Below, in pieces: positions 29,541-44,918 of a DNA stretch of 64,000 nucleotides. The stretch spans positions 1,054,001 to 1,118,000 of the forward strand of contig JBBPEB010000030.1 in NCBI GenBank assembly GCA_039096225.1, written 5' to 3'. This stretch comes from Blastocystis sp. Blastoise. Its lineage: Eukaryota; Protista; Bigyra: Opalinata. Both the position numbers and the translations under genes were made by a program. The notes beneath the pieces were generated by a model. It did no database searches and was not told the DNA's origin. It saw nothing but the letters and a program-made list of their open reading frames with translations. The stretch's first letter is position 1, and each line of letters begins with the position of its first letter.

Positions 29541-29659
29541 GAGAACGGCCATATCAAGTGGACAACGCCCTAACCCGTCTGATCTAGGAAGCTAAGCCAC
29601 TTCGAGCTAGGATAGTAGCGGTGTGGGGGACTCGCCGTGAAGTCCTAGTGCTGTTCTTT
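29541..29659 (+). rRNA. 5S rRNA copy 30
   Basis: Matches copy 1. Confidence 0.95.
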
Positions 29660-29748
29660 TTTTTTTATTTTTATTTATTTGTATTTATTTTTTTATTTAT
29701 TATTCTTTTTATTATTAATATTTTTAATTATTTATATATAACATTTTA

Positions 29749-29785
<37 letters not shown>

Positions 29786-30328
29786 AAAATTATAAAAAAA
29801 TTTTTATATTATTTTTTATTATTAAATTTTTGTAAACATATTATTTATATTATAAATAATAATAATAAAATAATAATAATAAAATAATATTTGATAAAAT
29901 AAAATAATTTTAATTATATATATATATATATATATTAGTGGTTTAGGGTTAGGATTTAAAATGAATATAAAATAATTTAGGGTTTTAGGTTTAGGGTTAG
30001 GTTTAATATAAAATAATGGTTTTAGATTTAATATAAAAAATAATAGATTAGTGTTAAATTGAATATTAAAATAATAGATTAGGGTTAATATAAAATAATT
30101 TTTAGGTTAGGGTTAGATTTTTAATATAAAAATAAATAAATAAATAAAATAAATAAAAAAATAAATAAAAAAATTTGAATAAATGAATAAAAAGAATAAT
30201 AATAATAATAAATAGAATAATAATAATAAATAGAATAATATTAGAATAGAATAATAGAATAGAATAATAATAATAAATAGAATAATAAATAGAATAGAAT
30301 AATAATAGAATAATAATAAATATATCTT

Positions 30329-30447
30329 GAGAACGGCCATATCAAGTGGACAACGCCCTAACCCGTCTGATCTAGGAAGCTAAGCCACTTCGAGCTAGGA
30401 TAGTAGCGGTGTGGGGGACTCGCCGTGAAGTCCTAGTGCTGTTCTTT
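30329..30447 (+). rRNA. 5S rRNA copy 31
   Basis: Matches copy 1. Confidence 0.95.
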
Positions 30448-30545
30448 TTTTTTTTTTTTATTTTTATTTATTTGTATTTATTTTTTTATTTATTATTCTT
30501 TTTATTATTAATATTTTTAATTATTTATATATAACATTTTATTTA

Positions 30546-30576
<31 letters not shown>

Positions 30577-31120
30577 AAAATTATAAAAAAATTTTTATAT
30601 TATTTTTTATTATTAAATTTTTGTAAACATATTATTTATATTATAAATAATAATAATAAAATAATAATAATAAAATAATATTTGATAAAATAAAATAATT
30701 TTAATATATATATATATATATATATATTAGTGGTTTAGGGTTAGGATTTAAAATGAATATAAAATAATTTAGGGTTTTAGGTTTAGGGTTAGGTTTAATA
30801 TAAAATAATGGTTTTAGATTTAATATAAAAAATAATAGATTAGTGTTAAATTGAATATTAAAATAATAGATTAGGGTTAATATAAAATAATTTTTAGGTT
30901 AGGGTTAGATTTTTAATATAAAAATAAATAAATAAATAAAATAAATAAAAAAATAAATAAAAAAATTTGAATAAATGAATAAAAAGAATAATAATAATAA
31001 TAAATAGAATAATAATAATAAATAGAATAATATTAGAATAGAATAATAGAATAGAATAATAATAATAAATAGAATAATAAATAGAATAGAATAATAATAG
31101 AATAATAATAAATATATCTT

Positions 31121-31239
31121 GAGAACGGCCATATCAAGTGGACAACGCCCTAACCCGTCTGATCTAGGAAGCTAAGCCACTTCGAGCTAGGATAGTAGCG
31201 GTGTGGGGGACTCGCCGTGAAGTCCTAGTGCTGTTCTTT
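31121..31239 (+). rRNA. 5S rRNA copy 32
   Basis: Matches copy 1. Confidence 0.95.
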
Positions 31240-31332
31240 TTTTTTTATTTTTATTTATTTGTATTTATTTTTTTATTTATTATTCTTTTTATTATTAATA
31301 TTTTTAATTATTTATATATAACATTTTATTTA

Positions 31333-31363
<31 letters not shown>

Positions 31364-31907
31364 AAAATTATAAAAAAATTTTTATATTTTTTTTTATTAT
31401 TAAATTTTTGTAAACATATTATTTATATTATAAATAATAATAATAAAATAATAATAATAAAATAATATTTGATAAAATAAAATAATTTTAATATATATAT
31501 ATATATATATATATTAGTGGTTTAGGGTTAGGATTTAAAATGAATATAAAATAATTTAGGGTTTTAGGTTTAGGGTTAGGTTTAATATAAAATAATGGTT
31601 TTAGATTTAATATAAAAAATAATAGATTAGTGTTAAATTGAATATTAAAATAATAGATTAGGGTTAATATAAAATAATTTTTAGGTTAGGGTTAGATTTT
31701 TAATATAAAAATAAATAAATAAATAAAATAAATAAAAAAATAAATAAAAAAATTTGAATAAATGAATAAAAAGAATAATAATAATAATAAATAGAATAAT
31801 AATAATAAATAGAATAATATTAGAATAGAATAATAGAATAGAATAATAATAATAAATAGAATAATAAATAGAATAGAATAATAATAGAATAATAATAAAT
31901 ATATCTT

Positions 31908-32026
31908 GAGAACGGCCATATCAAGTGGACAACGCCCTAACCCGTCTGATCTAGGAAGCTAAGCCACTTCGAGCTAGGATAGTAGCGGTGTGGGGGACTC
32001 GCCGTGAAGTCCTAGTGCTGTTCTTT
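31908..32026 (+). rRNA. 5S rRNA copy 33
   Basis: Matches copy 1. Confidence 0.95.
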
Positions 32027-32119
32027 TTTTTTTATTTTTATTTATTTGTATTTATTTTTTTATTTATTATTCTTTTTATTATTAATATTTTTAATTATTT
32101 ATATATAACATTTTATTTA

Positions 32120-32150
<31 letters not shown>

Positions 32151-32693
32151 AAAATTATAAAAAAATTTTTATATTATTTTTTATTATTAAATTTTTGTAA
32201 ACATATTATTTATATTATAAATAATAATAATAAAATAATAATAATAAAATAATATTTGATAAAATAAAATAATTTTAATTATATATATATATATATATAT
32301 TAGTGGTTTAGGGTTAGGATTTAAAATGAATATAAAATAATTTAGGGTTTTAGGTTTAGGGTTAGGTTTAATATAAAATAATGGTTTTAGATTTAATATA
32401 AAAAATAATAGATTAGTGTTAAATTGAATATTAAAATAATAGATTAGGGTTAATATAAAATAATTTTTAGGTTAGGGTTAGATTTTTAATATAAAAATAA
32501 ATAAATAAATAAAATAAATAAAAAAATAAATAAAAAAATTTGAATAAATGAATAAAAAGAATAATAATAATAATAAATAGAATAATAATAATAAATAGAA
32601 TAATATTAGAATAGAATAATAGAATAGAATAATAATAATAAATAGAATAATAAATAGAATAGAATAATAATAGAATAATAATAAATATATCTT

Positions 32694-32812
32694 GAGAACG
32701 GCCATATCAAGTGGACAACGCCCTAACCCGTCTGATCTAGGAAGCTAAGCCACTTCGAGCTAGGATAGTAGCGGTGTGGGGGACTCGCCGTGAAGTCCTA
32801 GTGCTGTTCTTT
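32694..32812 (+). rRNA. 5S rRNA copy 34
   Basis: Matches copy 1. Confidence 0.95.
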
Positions 32813-32905
32813 TTTTTTTATTTTTATTTATTTGTATTTATTTTTTTATTTATTATTCTTTTTATTATTAATATTTTTAATTATTTATATATAACATTTT
32901 ATTTA

Positions 32906-32942
<37 letters not shown>

Positions 32943-33485
32943 AAAATTATAAAAAAATTTTTATATTATTTTTTATTATTAAATTTTTGTAAACATATTA
33001 TTTATATTATAAATAATAATAATAAAATAATAATAATAAAATAATATTTGATAAAATAAAATAATTTTAATTATATATATATATATATATATTAGTGGTT
33101 TAGGGTTAGGATTTAAAATGAATATAAAATAATTTAGGGTTTTAGGTTTAGGGTTAGGTTTAATATAAAATAATGGTTTTAGATTTAATATAAAAAATAA
33201 TAGATTAGTGTTAAATTGAATATTAAAATAATAGATTAGGGTTAATATAAAATAATTTTTAGGTTAGGGTTAGATTTTTAATATAAAAATAAATAAATAA
33301 ATAAAATAAATAAAAAAATAAATAAAAAAATTTGAATAAATGAATAAAAAGAATAATAATAATAATAAATAGAATAATAATAATAAATAGAATAATATTA
33401 GAATAGAATAATAGAATAGAATAATAATAATAAATAGAATAATAAATAGAATAGAATAATAATAGAATAATAATAAATATATCTT

Positions 33486-33604
33486 GAGAACGGCCATATC
33501 AAGTGGACAACGCCCTAACCCGTCTGATCTAGGAAGCTAAGCCACTTCGAGCTAGGATAGTAGCGGTGTGGGGGACTCGCCGTGAAGTCCTAGTGCTGTT
33601 CTTT
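33486..33604 (+). rRNA. 5S rRNA copy 35
   Basis: Matches copy 1. Confidence 0.95.
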
Positions 33605-33697
33605 TTTTTTTATTTTTATTTATTTGTATTTATTTTTTTATTTATTATTCTTTTTATTATTAATATTTTTAATTATTTATATATAACATTTTATTTA

Positions 33698-33728
<31 letters not shown>

Positions 33729-34271
33729 AAAATTATAAAAAAATTTTTATATTATTTTTTATTATTAAATTTTTGTAAACATATTATTTATATTATAAAT
33801 AATAATAATAAAATAATAATAATAAAATAATATTTGATAAAATAAAATAATTTTAATTATATATATATATATATATATTAGTGGTTTAGGGTTAGGATTT
33901 AAAATGAATATAAAATAATTTAGGGTTTTAGGTTTAGGGTTAGGTTTAATATAAAATAATGGTTTTAGATTTAATATAAAAAATAATAGATTAGTGTTAA
34001 ATTGAATATTAAAATAATAGATTAGGGTTAATATAAAATAATTTTTAGGTTAGGGTTAGATTTTTAATATAAAAATAAATAAATAAATAAAATAAATAAA
34101 AAAATAAATAAAAAAATTTGAATAAATGAATAAAAAGAATAATAATAATAATAAATAGAATAATAATAATAAATAGAATAATATTAGAATAGAATAATAG
34201 AATAGAATAATAATAATAAATAGAATAATAAATAGAATAGAATAATAATAGAATAATAATAAATATATCTT

Positions 34272-34390
34272 GAGAACGGCCATATCAAGTGGACAACGCC
34301 CTAACCCGTCTGATCTAGGAAGCTAAGCCACTTCGAGCTAGGATAGTAGCGGTGTGGGGGACTCGCCGTGAAGTCCTAGTGCTGTTCTTT
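34272..34390 (+). rRNA. 5S rRNA copy 36
   Basis: Matches copy 1. Confidence 0.95.
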
Positions 34391-34488
34391 TTTTTTTTTT
34401 TTATTTTTATTTATTTGTATTTATTTTTTTATTTATTATTCTTTTTATTATTAATATTTTTAATTATTTATATATAACATTTTATTTA

Positions 34489-34519
<31 letters not shown>

Positions 34520-35062
34520 AAAATTATAAAAAAATTTTTATATTATTTTTTATTATTAAATTTTTGTAAACATATTATTTATATTATAAATAATAATAAT
34601 AAAATAATAATAATAAAATAATATTTGATAAAATAAAATAATTTTAATTATATATATATATATATATATTAGTGGTTTAGGGTTAGGATTTAAAATGAAT
34701 ATAAAATAATTTAGGGTTTTAGGTTTAGGGTTAGGTTTAATATAAAATAATGGTTTTAGATTTAATATAAAAAATAATAGATTAGTGTTAAATTGAATAT
34801 TAAAATAATAGATTAGGGTTAATATAAAATAATTTTTAGGTTAGGGTTAGATTTTTAATATAAAAATAAATAAATAAATAAAATAAATAAAAAAATAAAT
34901 AAAAAAATTTGAATAAATGAATAAAAAGAATAATAATAATAATAAATAGAATAATAATAATAAATAGAATAATATTAGAATAGAATAATAGAATAGAATA
35001 ATAATAATAAATAGAATAATAAATAGAATAGAATAATAATAGAATAATAATAAATATATCTT

Positions 35063-35181
35063 GAGAACGGCCATATCAAGTGGACAACGCCCTAACCCGT
35101 CTGATCTAGGAAGCTAAGCCACTTCGAGCTAGGATAGTAGCGGTGTGGGGGACTCGCCGTGAAGTCCTAGTGCTGTTCTTT
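35063..35181 (+). rRNA. 5S rRNA copy 37
   Basis: Matches copy 1. Confidence 0.95.
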
Positions 35182-35274
35182 TTTTTTTATTTTTATTTAT
35201 TTGTATTTATTTTTTTATTTATTATTCTTTTTATTATTAATATTTTTAATTATTTATATATAACATTTTATTTA

Positions 35275-35308
<34 letters not shown>

Positions 35309-35853
35309 AAAATTATAAAAAAATTTTTATATTATTTTTTATTATTAAATTTTTGTAAACATATTATTTATATTATAAATAATAATAATAAAATAATAAT
35401 AATAAAATAATATTTGATAAAATAAAATAATTTTAATTATATATATATATATATATATTAGTGGTTTAGGGTTAGGATTTAAAATGAATATAAAATAATT
35501 TAGGGTTTTAGGTTTAGGGTTAGGTTTAATATAAAATAATGGTTTTAGATTTAATATAAAAAATAATAGATTAGTGTTAAATTGAATATTAAAATAATAG
35601 ATTAGGGTTAATATAAAATAATTTTTAGGTTAGGGTTAGATTTTTAATATAAAAATAAATAAATAAATAAAATAAATAAAAAAATAAATAAAAAAATTTG
35701 AATAAATGAATAAAAAGAATAATAATAATAATAAATAGAATAATAATAATAAATAGAATAATATTAGAATAGAATAATAGAATAGAATAATAAAATAATA
35801 AATAGAATAATAAATAGAATAGAATAATAATAGAATAATAATAAATATATCTT

Positions 35854-35972
35854 GAGAACGGCCATATCAAGTGGACAACGCCCTAACCCGTCTGATCTAG
35901 GAAGCTAAGCCACTTCGAGCTAGGATAGTAGCGGTGTGGGGGACTCGCCGTGAAGTCCTAGTGCTGTTCTTT
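35854..35972 (+). rRNA. 5S rRNA copy 38
   Basis: Matches copy 1. Confidence 0.95.
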
Positions 35973-36068
35973 TTTTTTTTTTATTTTTATTTATTTGTAT
36001 TTATTTTTTTATTTATTATTCTTTTTATTATTAATATTTTTAATTATTTATATATAACATTTTATTTA

Positions 36069-36099
<31 letters not shown>

Positions 36100-36648
36100 A
36101 AAATTATAAAAAAATTTTTATATTATTTTTTATTATTAAATTTTTGTAAACATATTATTTATATTATAAATAATAATAATAAAATAATAATAATAAAATA
36201 ATATTTGATAAAATAAAATAATTTTAATTATATATATATATATATATATTAGTGGTTTAGGGTTAGGATTTAAAATGAATATAAAATAATTTAGGGTTTT
36301 AGGTTTAGGGTTAGGTTTAATATAAAATAATGGTTTTAGATTTAATATAAAAAATAATAGATTAGTGTTAAATTGAATATTAAAATAATAGATTAGGGTT
36401 AATATAAAATAATTTTTAGGTTAGGGTTAGATTTTTAATATAAAAATAAATAAATAAATAAAAAAATAAATAAAAAAATTTGAATAAATGAAAAAAAGAA
36501 TAAATAATAAAAAGAATAATAATAATAATAAATAGAATAATAATAATAAATAGAATAATATTAGAATAGAATAATAGAATAGAATAATAATAATAAATAG
36601 AATAATAAATAGAATAGAATAATAATAGAATAATAATAAATATATCTT

Positions 36649-36767
36649 GAGAACGGCCATATCAAGTGGACAACGCCCTAACCCGTCTGATCTAGGAAGC
36701 TAAGCCACTTCGAGCTAGGATAGTAGCGGTGTGGGGGACTCGCCGTGAAGTCCTAGTGCTGTTCTTT
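36649..36767 (+). rRNA. 5S rRNA copy 39
   Basis: Matches copy 1. Confidence 0.95.
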
Positions 36768-36860
36768 TTTTTTTATTTTTATTTATTTGTATTTATTTTT
36801 TTATTTATTATTCTTTTTATTATTAATATTTTTAATTATTTATATATAACATTTTATTTA

Positions 36861-36891
<31 letters not shown>

Positions 36892-37438
36892 AAAATTATA
36901 AAAAAATTTTTATATTATTTTTTATTATTAAATTTTTGTAAACATATTATTTATATTATAAATAATAATAATAAAATAATAATAATAAAATAATATTTGA
37001 TAAAATAAAATAATTTTAATTATATATATATATATATATATTAGTGGTTTAGGGTTAGGATTTAAAATGAATATAAAATAATTTAGGGTTTTAGGTTTAG
37101 GGTTAGGTTTAATATAAAATAATGGTTTTAGATTTAATATAAAAAATAATAGATTAGTGTTAAATTGAATATTAAAATAATAGATTAGGGTTAATATAAA
37201 ATAATTTTTAGGTTAGGGTTAGATTTTTAATATAAAAATAAATAAATAAATAAAATAAATAAAAAAATAAATAAAAAAATTTGAATAAATGAATAAAAAG
37301 AATAATAATAATAATAAATAGAATAATAATAATAAATAGAATAATATTAGAATAGAATAATAGAATAGAATAATAAAAAATAATAAATAGAATAATAAAT
37401 AGAATAGAATAATAATAGAATAATAATAAATATATCTT

Positions 37439-37557
37439 GAGAACGGCCATATCAAGTGGACAACGCCCTAACCCGTCTGATCTAGGAAGCTAAGCCACTT
37501 CGAGCTAGGATAGTAGCGGTGTGGGGGACTCGCCGTGAAGTCCTAGTGCTGTTCTTT
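37439..37557 (+). rRNA. 5S rRNA copy 40
   Basis: Matches copy 1. Confidence 0.95.
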
Positions 37558-37650
37558 TTTTTTTATTTTTATTTATTTGTATTTATTTTTTTATTTATTA
37601 TTCTTTTTATTATTAATATTTTTAATTATTTATATATAACATTTTATTTA

Positions 37651-37684
<34 letters not shown>

Positions 37685-38236
37685 AAAATTATAAAAAAAT
37701 TTTTATATTATTTTTTATTATTAAATTTTTGTAAACATATTATTTATATTATAAATAATAATAATAAAATAATAATAATAAAATAATATTTGATAAAATA
37801 AAATAATTTTAATTATATATATATATATATATATTAGTGGTTTAGGGTTAGGATTTAAAATGAATATAAAATAATTTAGGGTTTTAGGTTTAGGGTTAGG
37901 TTTAATATAAAATAATGGTTTTAGATTTAATATAAAAAATAATAGATTAGTGTTAAATTGAATATTAAAATAATAGATTAGGGTTAATATAAAATAATTT
38001 TTAGGTTAGGGTTAGATTTTTAATATAAAAATAAATAAATAAATAAAATAAATAAAAAAATAAATAAAAAAATTTGAATAAATGAATAAAAAGAATAATA
38101 ATAATAATAAATAGAATAATAATAATAAATAGAATAATATTAGAATAGAAATAATAGAATAGAATAATAAAAAAATAATAAATAGAATGAATAATAATAG
38201 AATAGAATAATAATAGAATAATAATAAATATATCTT

Positions 38237-38355
38237 GAGAACGGCCATATCAAGTGGACAACGCCCTAACCCGTCTGATCTAGGAAGCTAAGCCACTTCG
38301 AGCTAGGATAGTAGCGGTGTGGGGGACTCGCCGTGAAGTCCTAGTGCTGTTCTTT
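38237..38355 (+). rRNA. 5S rRNA copy 41
   Basis: Matches copy 1. Confidence 0.95.
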
Positions 38356-38453
38356 TTTTTTTTTTATTTTTATTTATTTGTATTTATTTTTTTATTTATT
38401 ATTCTTTTTATTATTAATATTTTTAATTATTTATATATAACATTTTATTTATA

Positions 38454-38484
<31 letters not shown>

Positions 38485-39034
38485 AAAATTATAAAAAAAT
38501 TTTTATATTATTTTTTATTATTAAATTTTTGTAAACATATTATTTATATTATAAATAATAATAATAAAATAATAATAATAAAATAATATTTGATAAAATA
38601 AAATAATTTTAATATATATATATATATATATATATTAGTGGTTTAGGGTTAGGATTTAAAATGAATATAAAATAATTTAGGGTTTTAGGTTTAGGGTTAG
38701 GTTTAATATAAAATAATGGTTTTAGATTTAATATAAAAAATAATAGATTAGTGTTAAATTGAATATTAAAATAATAGATTAGGGTTAATATAAAATAATT
38801 TTTAGGTTAGGGTTAGATTTTTAATATAAAAATAAATAAATAAATAAAATAAATAAAAAAATAAATAAAAAAATTTGAATAAATGAATAAAAAGAATAAT
38901 AATAATAATAAATAGAATAATAATAATAAATAGAATAATATTAGAATAGAAATAATAGAATAGAATAATTAAAAAATAATAAATAGAATAATAAATAGAA
39001 TAGAATAATAATAGAATAATAATAAATATATCTT

Positions 39035-39153
39035 GAGAACGGCCATATCAAGTGGACAACGCCCTAACCCGTCTGATCTAGGAAGCTAAGCCACTTCGAG
39101 CTAGGATAGTAGCGGTGTGGGGGACTCGCCGTGAAGTCCTAGTGCTGTTCTTT
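39035..39153 (+). rRNA. 5S rRNA copy 42
   Basis: Matches copy 1. Confidence 0.95.
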
Positions 39154-39246
39154 TTTTTTTATTTTTATTTATTTGTATTTATTTTTTTATTTATTATTCT
39201 TTTTATTATTGATATTTTTAATTATTTATATATAACATTTTATTTA

Positions 39247-39277
<31 letters not shown>

Positions 39278-39832
39278 AAAATTATAAAAAAATTTTTATA
39301 TTATTTTTTATTATTAAATTTTTGTAAACATATTATTTATATTATAAATAATAATAATAAAATAATAATAATAAAATAATATTTGATAAAATAAAATAAT
39401 TTTAATTATATATATATATATATATATTAGTGGTTTAGGGTTAGGATTTAAAATGAATATAAAATAATTTAGGGTTTTAGGTTTAGGGTTAGGTTTAATA
39501 TAAAATAATGGTTTTAGATTTAATATAAAAAATAATAGATTAGTGTTAAATTGAATATTAAAATAATAGATTAGGGTTAATATAAAATAATTTTTAGGTT
39601 AGGGTTAGATTTTTAATATAAAAATAAATAAATAAATAAAATAAATAAAAAAATAAATAAAAAAATTTGAATAAATGAATAAAAAGAATAATAATAATAA
39701 TAAATAGAATAATAATAATAAATAGAATAATATTAGAATAGATAATAATAGAATAGAATAATAAGAATAGAATAATAAATAGAATAATAATAATAGAATA
39801 GAATAATAATAGAATAATAATAAATATATCTT

Positions 39833-39951
39833 GAGAACGGCCATATCAAGTGGACAACGCCCTAACCCGTCTGATCTAGGAAGCTAAGCCACTTCGAGCT
39901 AGGATAGTAGCGGTGTGGGGGACTCGCCGTGAAGTCCTAGTGCTGTTCTTT
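39833..39951 (+). rRNA. 5S rRNA copy 43
   Basis: Matches copy 1. Confidence 0.95.
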
Positions 39952-40047
39952 TTTTTTTTTTATTTTTCTTTATTTGTATTTATTTTTTTATTTATTATTC
40001 TTTTTATTATTAATATTTTTAATTATTTATATATAACATTTTATTTA

Positions 40048-40078
<31 letters not shown>

Positions 40079-40634
40079 AAAATTATAAAAAAATTTTTAT
40101 ATTATTTTTTATTATTAAATTTTTGTAAACATATTATTTATATTATAAATAATAATAATAAAATAATAATAATAAAATAATATTTGATAAAATAAAATAA
40201 TTTTAATTATATATATATATATATATATATTAGTGGTTTAGGGTTAGGATTTAAAATGAATATAAAATAATTTAGGGTTTTAGGTTTAGGGTTAGGTTTA
40301 ATATAAAATAATGGTTTTAGATTTAATATAAAAAATAATAGATTAGTGTTAAATTGAATATTAAAATAATAGATTAGGGTTAATATAAAATAATTTTTAG
40401 GTTAGGGTTAGATTTTTAATATAAAAATAAATAAATAAATAAAATAAATAAAAAAATAAATAAAAAAATTTGAATAAATGAATAAAAAGAATAATAATAA
40501 TAATAAATAGAATAATAATAATAAATAGAATAATATTAGAATAGATAATAATAGAATAGAATAATAAGAATAGAATAATAAATAGAATAATAAAATAGAA
40601 TAGAATAATAATAGAATAATAATAAATATATCTT

Positions 40635-40753
40635 GAGAACGGCCATATCAAGTGGACAACGCCCTAACCCGTCTGATCTAGGAAGCTAAGCCACTTCGAG
40701 CTAGGATAGTAGCGGTGTGGGGGACTCGCCGTGAAGTCCTAGTGCTGTTCTTT
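40635..40753 (+). rRNA. 5S rRNA copy 44
   Basis: Matches copy 1. Confidence 0.95.
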
Positions 40754-40848
40754 TTTTTTTTTATTTTTCTTTATTTGTATTTATTTTTTTATTTATTATT
40801 CTTTTTATTATTAATATTTTTAATTATTTATATATAACATTTTATTTA

Positions 40849-40879
<31 letters not shown>

Positions 40880-41439
40880 AAAATTATAAAAAAATTTTTA
40901 TATTATTTTTTATTATTAAATTTTTGTAAACATATTATTTATATTATAAATAATAATAATAAAATAATAATAATAAAATAATATTTGATAAAATAAAATA
41001 ATTTTAATTATATATATATATATATATATTAGTGGTTTAGGGTTAGGATTTAAAATGAATATAAAATAATTTAGGGTTTTAGGTTTAGGGTTAGGTTTAA
41101 TATAAAATAATGGTTTTAGATTTAATATAAAAAATAATAGATTAGTGTTAAATTGAATATTAAAATAATAGATTAGGGTTAATATAAAATAATTTTTAGG
41201 TTAGGGTTAGATTTTTAATATAAAAATAAATAAATAAATAAAATAAATAAAAAAATAAATAAAAAAATTTGAATAAATGAATAAAAAGAATAATAATAAT
41301 AATAAATAGAATAATAATAATAAATAGAATAATATTAGAATAGAATAATAATAGAATAGAATAATAATAGAATAGAATAATAAATAGAATAGAATAATAA
41401 TAGAATAGAATAATAATAGAATAATAATAAATATATCTT

Positions 41440-41558
41440 GAGAACGGCCATATCAAGTGGACAACGCCCTAACCCGTCTGATCTAGGAAGCTAAGCCACT
41501 TCGAGCTAGGATAGTAGCGGTGTGGGGGACTCGCCGTGAAGTCCTAGTGCTGTTCTTT
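41440..41558 (+). rRNA. 5S rRNA copy 45
   Basis: Matches copy 1. Confidence 0.95.
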
Positions 41559-41654
41559 TTTTTTTTTTATTTTTCTTTATTTGTATTTATTTTTTTATTT
41601 ATTATTCTTTTTATTATTAATATTTTTAATTATTTATATATAACATTTTATTTA

Positions 41655-41685
<31 letters not shown>

Positions 41686-42253
41686 AAAATTATAAAAAAA
41701 TTTTTATATTATTTTTTATTATTAAATTTTTGTAAACATATTATTTATATTATAAATAATAATAATAAAATAATAATAATAAAATAATATTTGATAAAAT
41801 AAAATAATTTTAATTATATATATATATATATATATTAGTGGTTTAGGGTTAGGATTTAAAATGAATATAAAATAATTTAGGGTTTTAGGTTTAGGGTTAG
41901 GTTTAATATAAAATAATGGTTTTAGATTTAATATAAAAAATAATAGATTAGTGTTAAATTGAATATTAAAATAATAGATTAGGGTTAATATAAAATAATT
42001 TTTAGGTTAGGGTTAGATTTTTAATATAAAAATAAATAAATAAATAAAATAAATAAAAAAATAAATAAAAAAATTTGAATAAATGAATAAAAAGAATAAT
42101 AATAATAATAGAATAGAATAATAATAATAAATAGAATAATATTAGAATAGAATAATAATAGAATAGAATAATAATAGAATAGAATAAAAATAAAATAATA
42201 AATAGAATAATAAATAGAATAGAATAATAATAGAATAATAATAAATATATCTT

Positions 42254-42372
42254 GAGAACGGCCATATCAAGTGGACAACGCCCTAACCCGTCTGATCTAG
42301 GAAGCTAAGCCACTTCGAGCTAGGATAGTAGCGGTGTGGGGGACTCGCCGTGAAGTCCTAGTGCTGTTCTTT
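42254..42372 (+). rRNA. 5S rRNA copy 46
   Basis: Matches copy 1. Confidence 0.95.
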
Positions 42373-42468
42373 TTTTTTTTTTATTTTTCTTTATTTGTAT
42401 TTATTTTTTTATTTATTATTCTTTTTATTATTAATATTTTTAATTATTTATATATAACATTTTATTTA

Positions 42469-42499
<31 letters not shown>

Positions 42500-43081
42500 A
42501 AAATTATAAAAAAATTTTTATATTATTTTTTATTATTAAATTTTTGTAAACATATTATTTATATTATAAATAATAATAATAAAATAATAATAATAAAATA
42601 ATATTTGATAAAATAAAATAATTTTAATTATATATATATATATATATATTAGTGGTTTAGGGTTAGGATTTAAAATGAATATAAAATAATTTAGGGTTTT
42701 AGGTTTAGGGTTAGGTTTAATATAAAATAATGGTTTTAGATTTAATATAAAAAATAATAGATTAGTGTTAAATTGAATATTAAAATAATAGATTAGGGTT
42801 AATATAAAATAATTTTTAGGTTAGGGTTAGATTTTTAATATAAAAATAAATAAATAAATAAAATAAATAAAAAAATAAATAAAAAAATTTGAATAAATGA
42901 ATAAAAAGAATAATAATAATAATAAATAGAATAATAATAATAAATAGAATAATATTAGAATAGAATAATAATAGAATAGAATAATAATAAATAAAAAAAA
43001 AAAAAAATAAAAAAAAAAATAATAAATAGAATAGAATAATAATAGAATAGAATAATAATAGAATAATAATAAATATATCTT

Positions 43082-43200
43082 GAGAACGGCAAAATCAAGT
43101 GGAAAACGCCCTAACCCGTCTGATCTAGGAAGCTAAGCCACTTCGAGCTAGGATAGTAGCGGTGTGGGGGACTCGCCGTGAAGTCCTAGTGCTGTTCTTT
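43082..43200 (+). rRNA. 5S rRNA copy 47 (three substitutions to A, possibly consensus error)
   Basis: GGCAAAATCAAGTGGAAAAC versus GGCCATATCAAGTGGACAAC in the other copies. Confidence 0.85.
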
Positions 43201-43293
43201 TTTTTTTATTTTTATTTATTTGTATTTATTTTTTTATTTATTATTCTTTTTATTATTAATATTTTTAATTATTTATATATAACATTTTATTTA

Positions 43294-43324
<31 letters not shown>

Positions 43325-43869
43325 AAAATTATAAAAAAATTTTTATATTATTTTTTATTATTAAATTTTTGTAAACATATTATTTATATTATAAATAATA
43401 ATAATAAAATAATAATAATAAAATAATATTTGATAAAATAAAATAATTTTAATTATATATATATATATTAGTGGTTTAGGGTTAGGATTTAAAATGAATA
43501 TAAAATAATTTAGGGTTATGATTTAGGGTTAGGTTTAATATAAAATAATGGTTTTAGATTTAATATAAAAAATAATAGATTAGTGTTAAATTGAATATAA
43601 AAATAATAGATTAGGGTTAATATAAAATAATTTTTAGGTTAGGGTTAGATTTTTAATATAAAAATAAATAAATAAATAAAAAAATAAATAAAAAAATTTG
43701 AATAAATGAATAAAAAGAATAATAATAATAATAGAATAGAATAATAATAATAAATAGAATAATATTAGAATAGAATAATAATAGAATAGAATAATAATAG
43801 AATAGAATAATAAATAGAATAGAATAATAATAGAATAGAATAATAATAGAATAATAATAAATATATCTT

Positions 43870-43988
43870 GAGAACGGCCATATCAAGTGGACAACGCCCT
43901 AACCCGTCTGATCTAGGAAGCTAAGCCACTTCGAGCTAGGATAGTAGCGGTGTGGGGGACTCGCCGTGAAGTCCTAGTGCTGTTCTTT
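43870..43988 (+). rRNA. 5S rRNA copy 48
   Basis: Matches copy 1. Confidence 0.95.
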
Positions 43989-44084
43989 TTTTTTTTTTAT
44001 TTTTCTTTATTTGTATTTATTTTTTTATTTATTATTCTTTTTATTATTAATATTTTTAATTATTTATATATAACATTTTATTTA

Positions 44085-44115
<31 letters not shown>

Positions 44116-44672
44116 AAAATTATAAAAAAATTTTTATATTATTTTTTATTATTAAATTTTTGTAAACATATTATTTATATTATAAATAATAATAATAAAA
44201 TAATAATAATAAAATAATATTTGATAAAATAAAATAATTTTATATATATATATATATATATTAGTGGTTTAGGGTTAGGATTTAAAATGAATATAAAATA
44301 ATTTAGGGTTATGATTTAGGGTTAGGTTTAATATAAAATAATGGTTTTAGATTTAATATAAAAAATAATAGATTAGTGTTAAATTGAATATAAAAATAAT
44401 AGATTAGGGTTAATATAAAATAATTTTTAGGTTAGGGTTAGATTTTTAATATAAAAATAAATAAATAAATAAAAAAATAAATAAAAAAAAATTTGAATAA
44501 ATGAATAAAAAGAATAATAGAATAGAATAATAATAATAAATAGAATAATATTAGAATAGAATAATAATAATAGAATAGAATAATAGAATAGAATAATAAA
44601 TAGAATAGAATAATAAATAGAATAGAATAATAATAGAATAGAATAATAATAGAATAATAATAAATATATCTT

Positions 44673-44791
44673 GAGAACGGCCATATCAAGTGGACAACGC
44701 CCTAACCCGTCTGATCTAGGAAGCTAAGCCACTTCGAGCTAGGATAGTAGCGGTGTGGGGGACTCGCCGTGAAGTCCTAGTGCTGTTCTTT
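44673..44791 (+). rRNA. 5S rRNA copy 49
   Basis: Matches copy 1. Confidence 0.95.
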
Positions 44792-44887
44792 TTTTTTTTT
44801 TATTTTTCTTTATTTGTATTTATTTTTTTATTTATTATTCTTTTTATTATTAATATTTTTAATTATTTATATATAACATTTTATTTA

Positions 44888-44918
<31 letters not shown>

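Noticed and set aside
42990-43105. Copy 47 as a diverged 5S pseudogene with a poly(A) insertion
   Set aside because: All changes are to A and sit beside an A-smeared spacer, which looks like a local low-quality consensus. Raw reads are needed.
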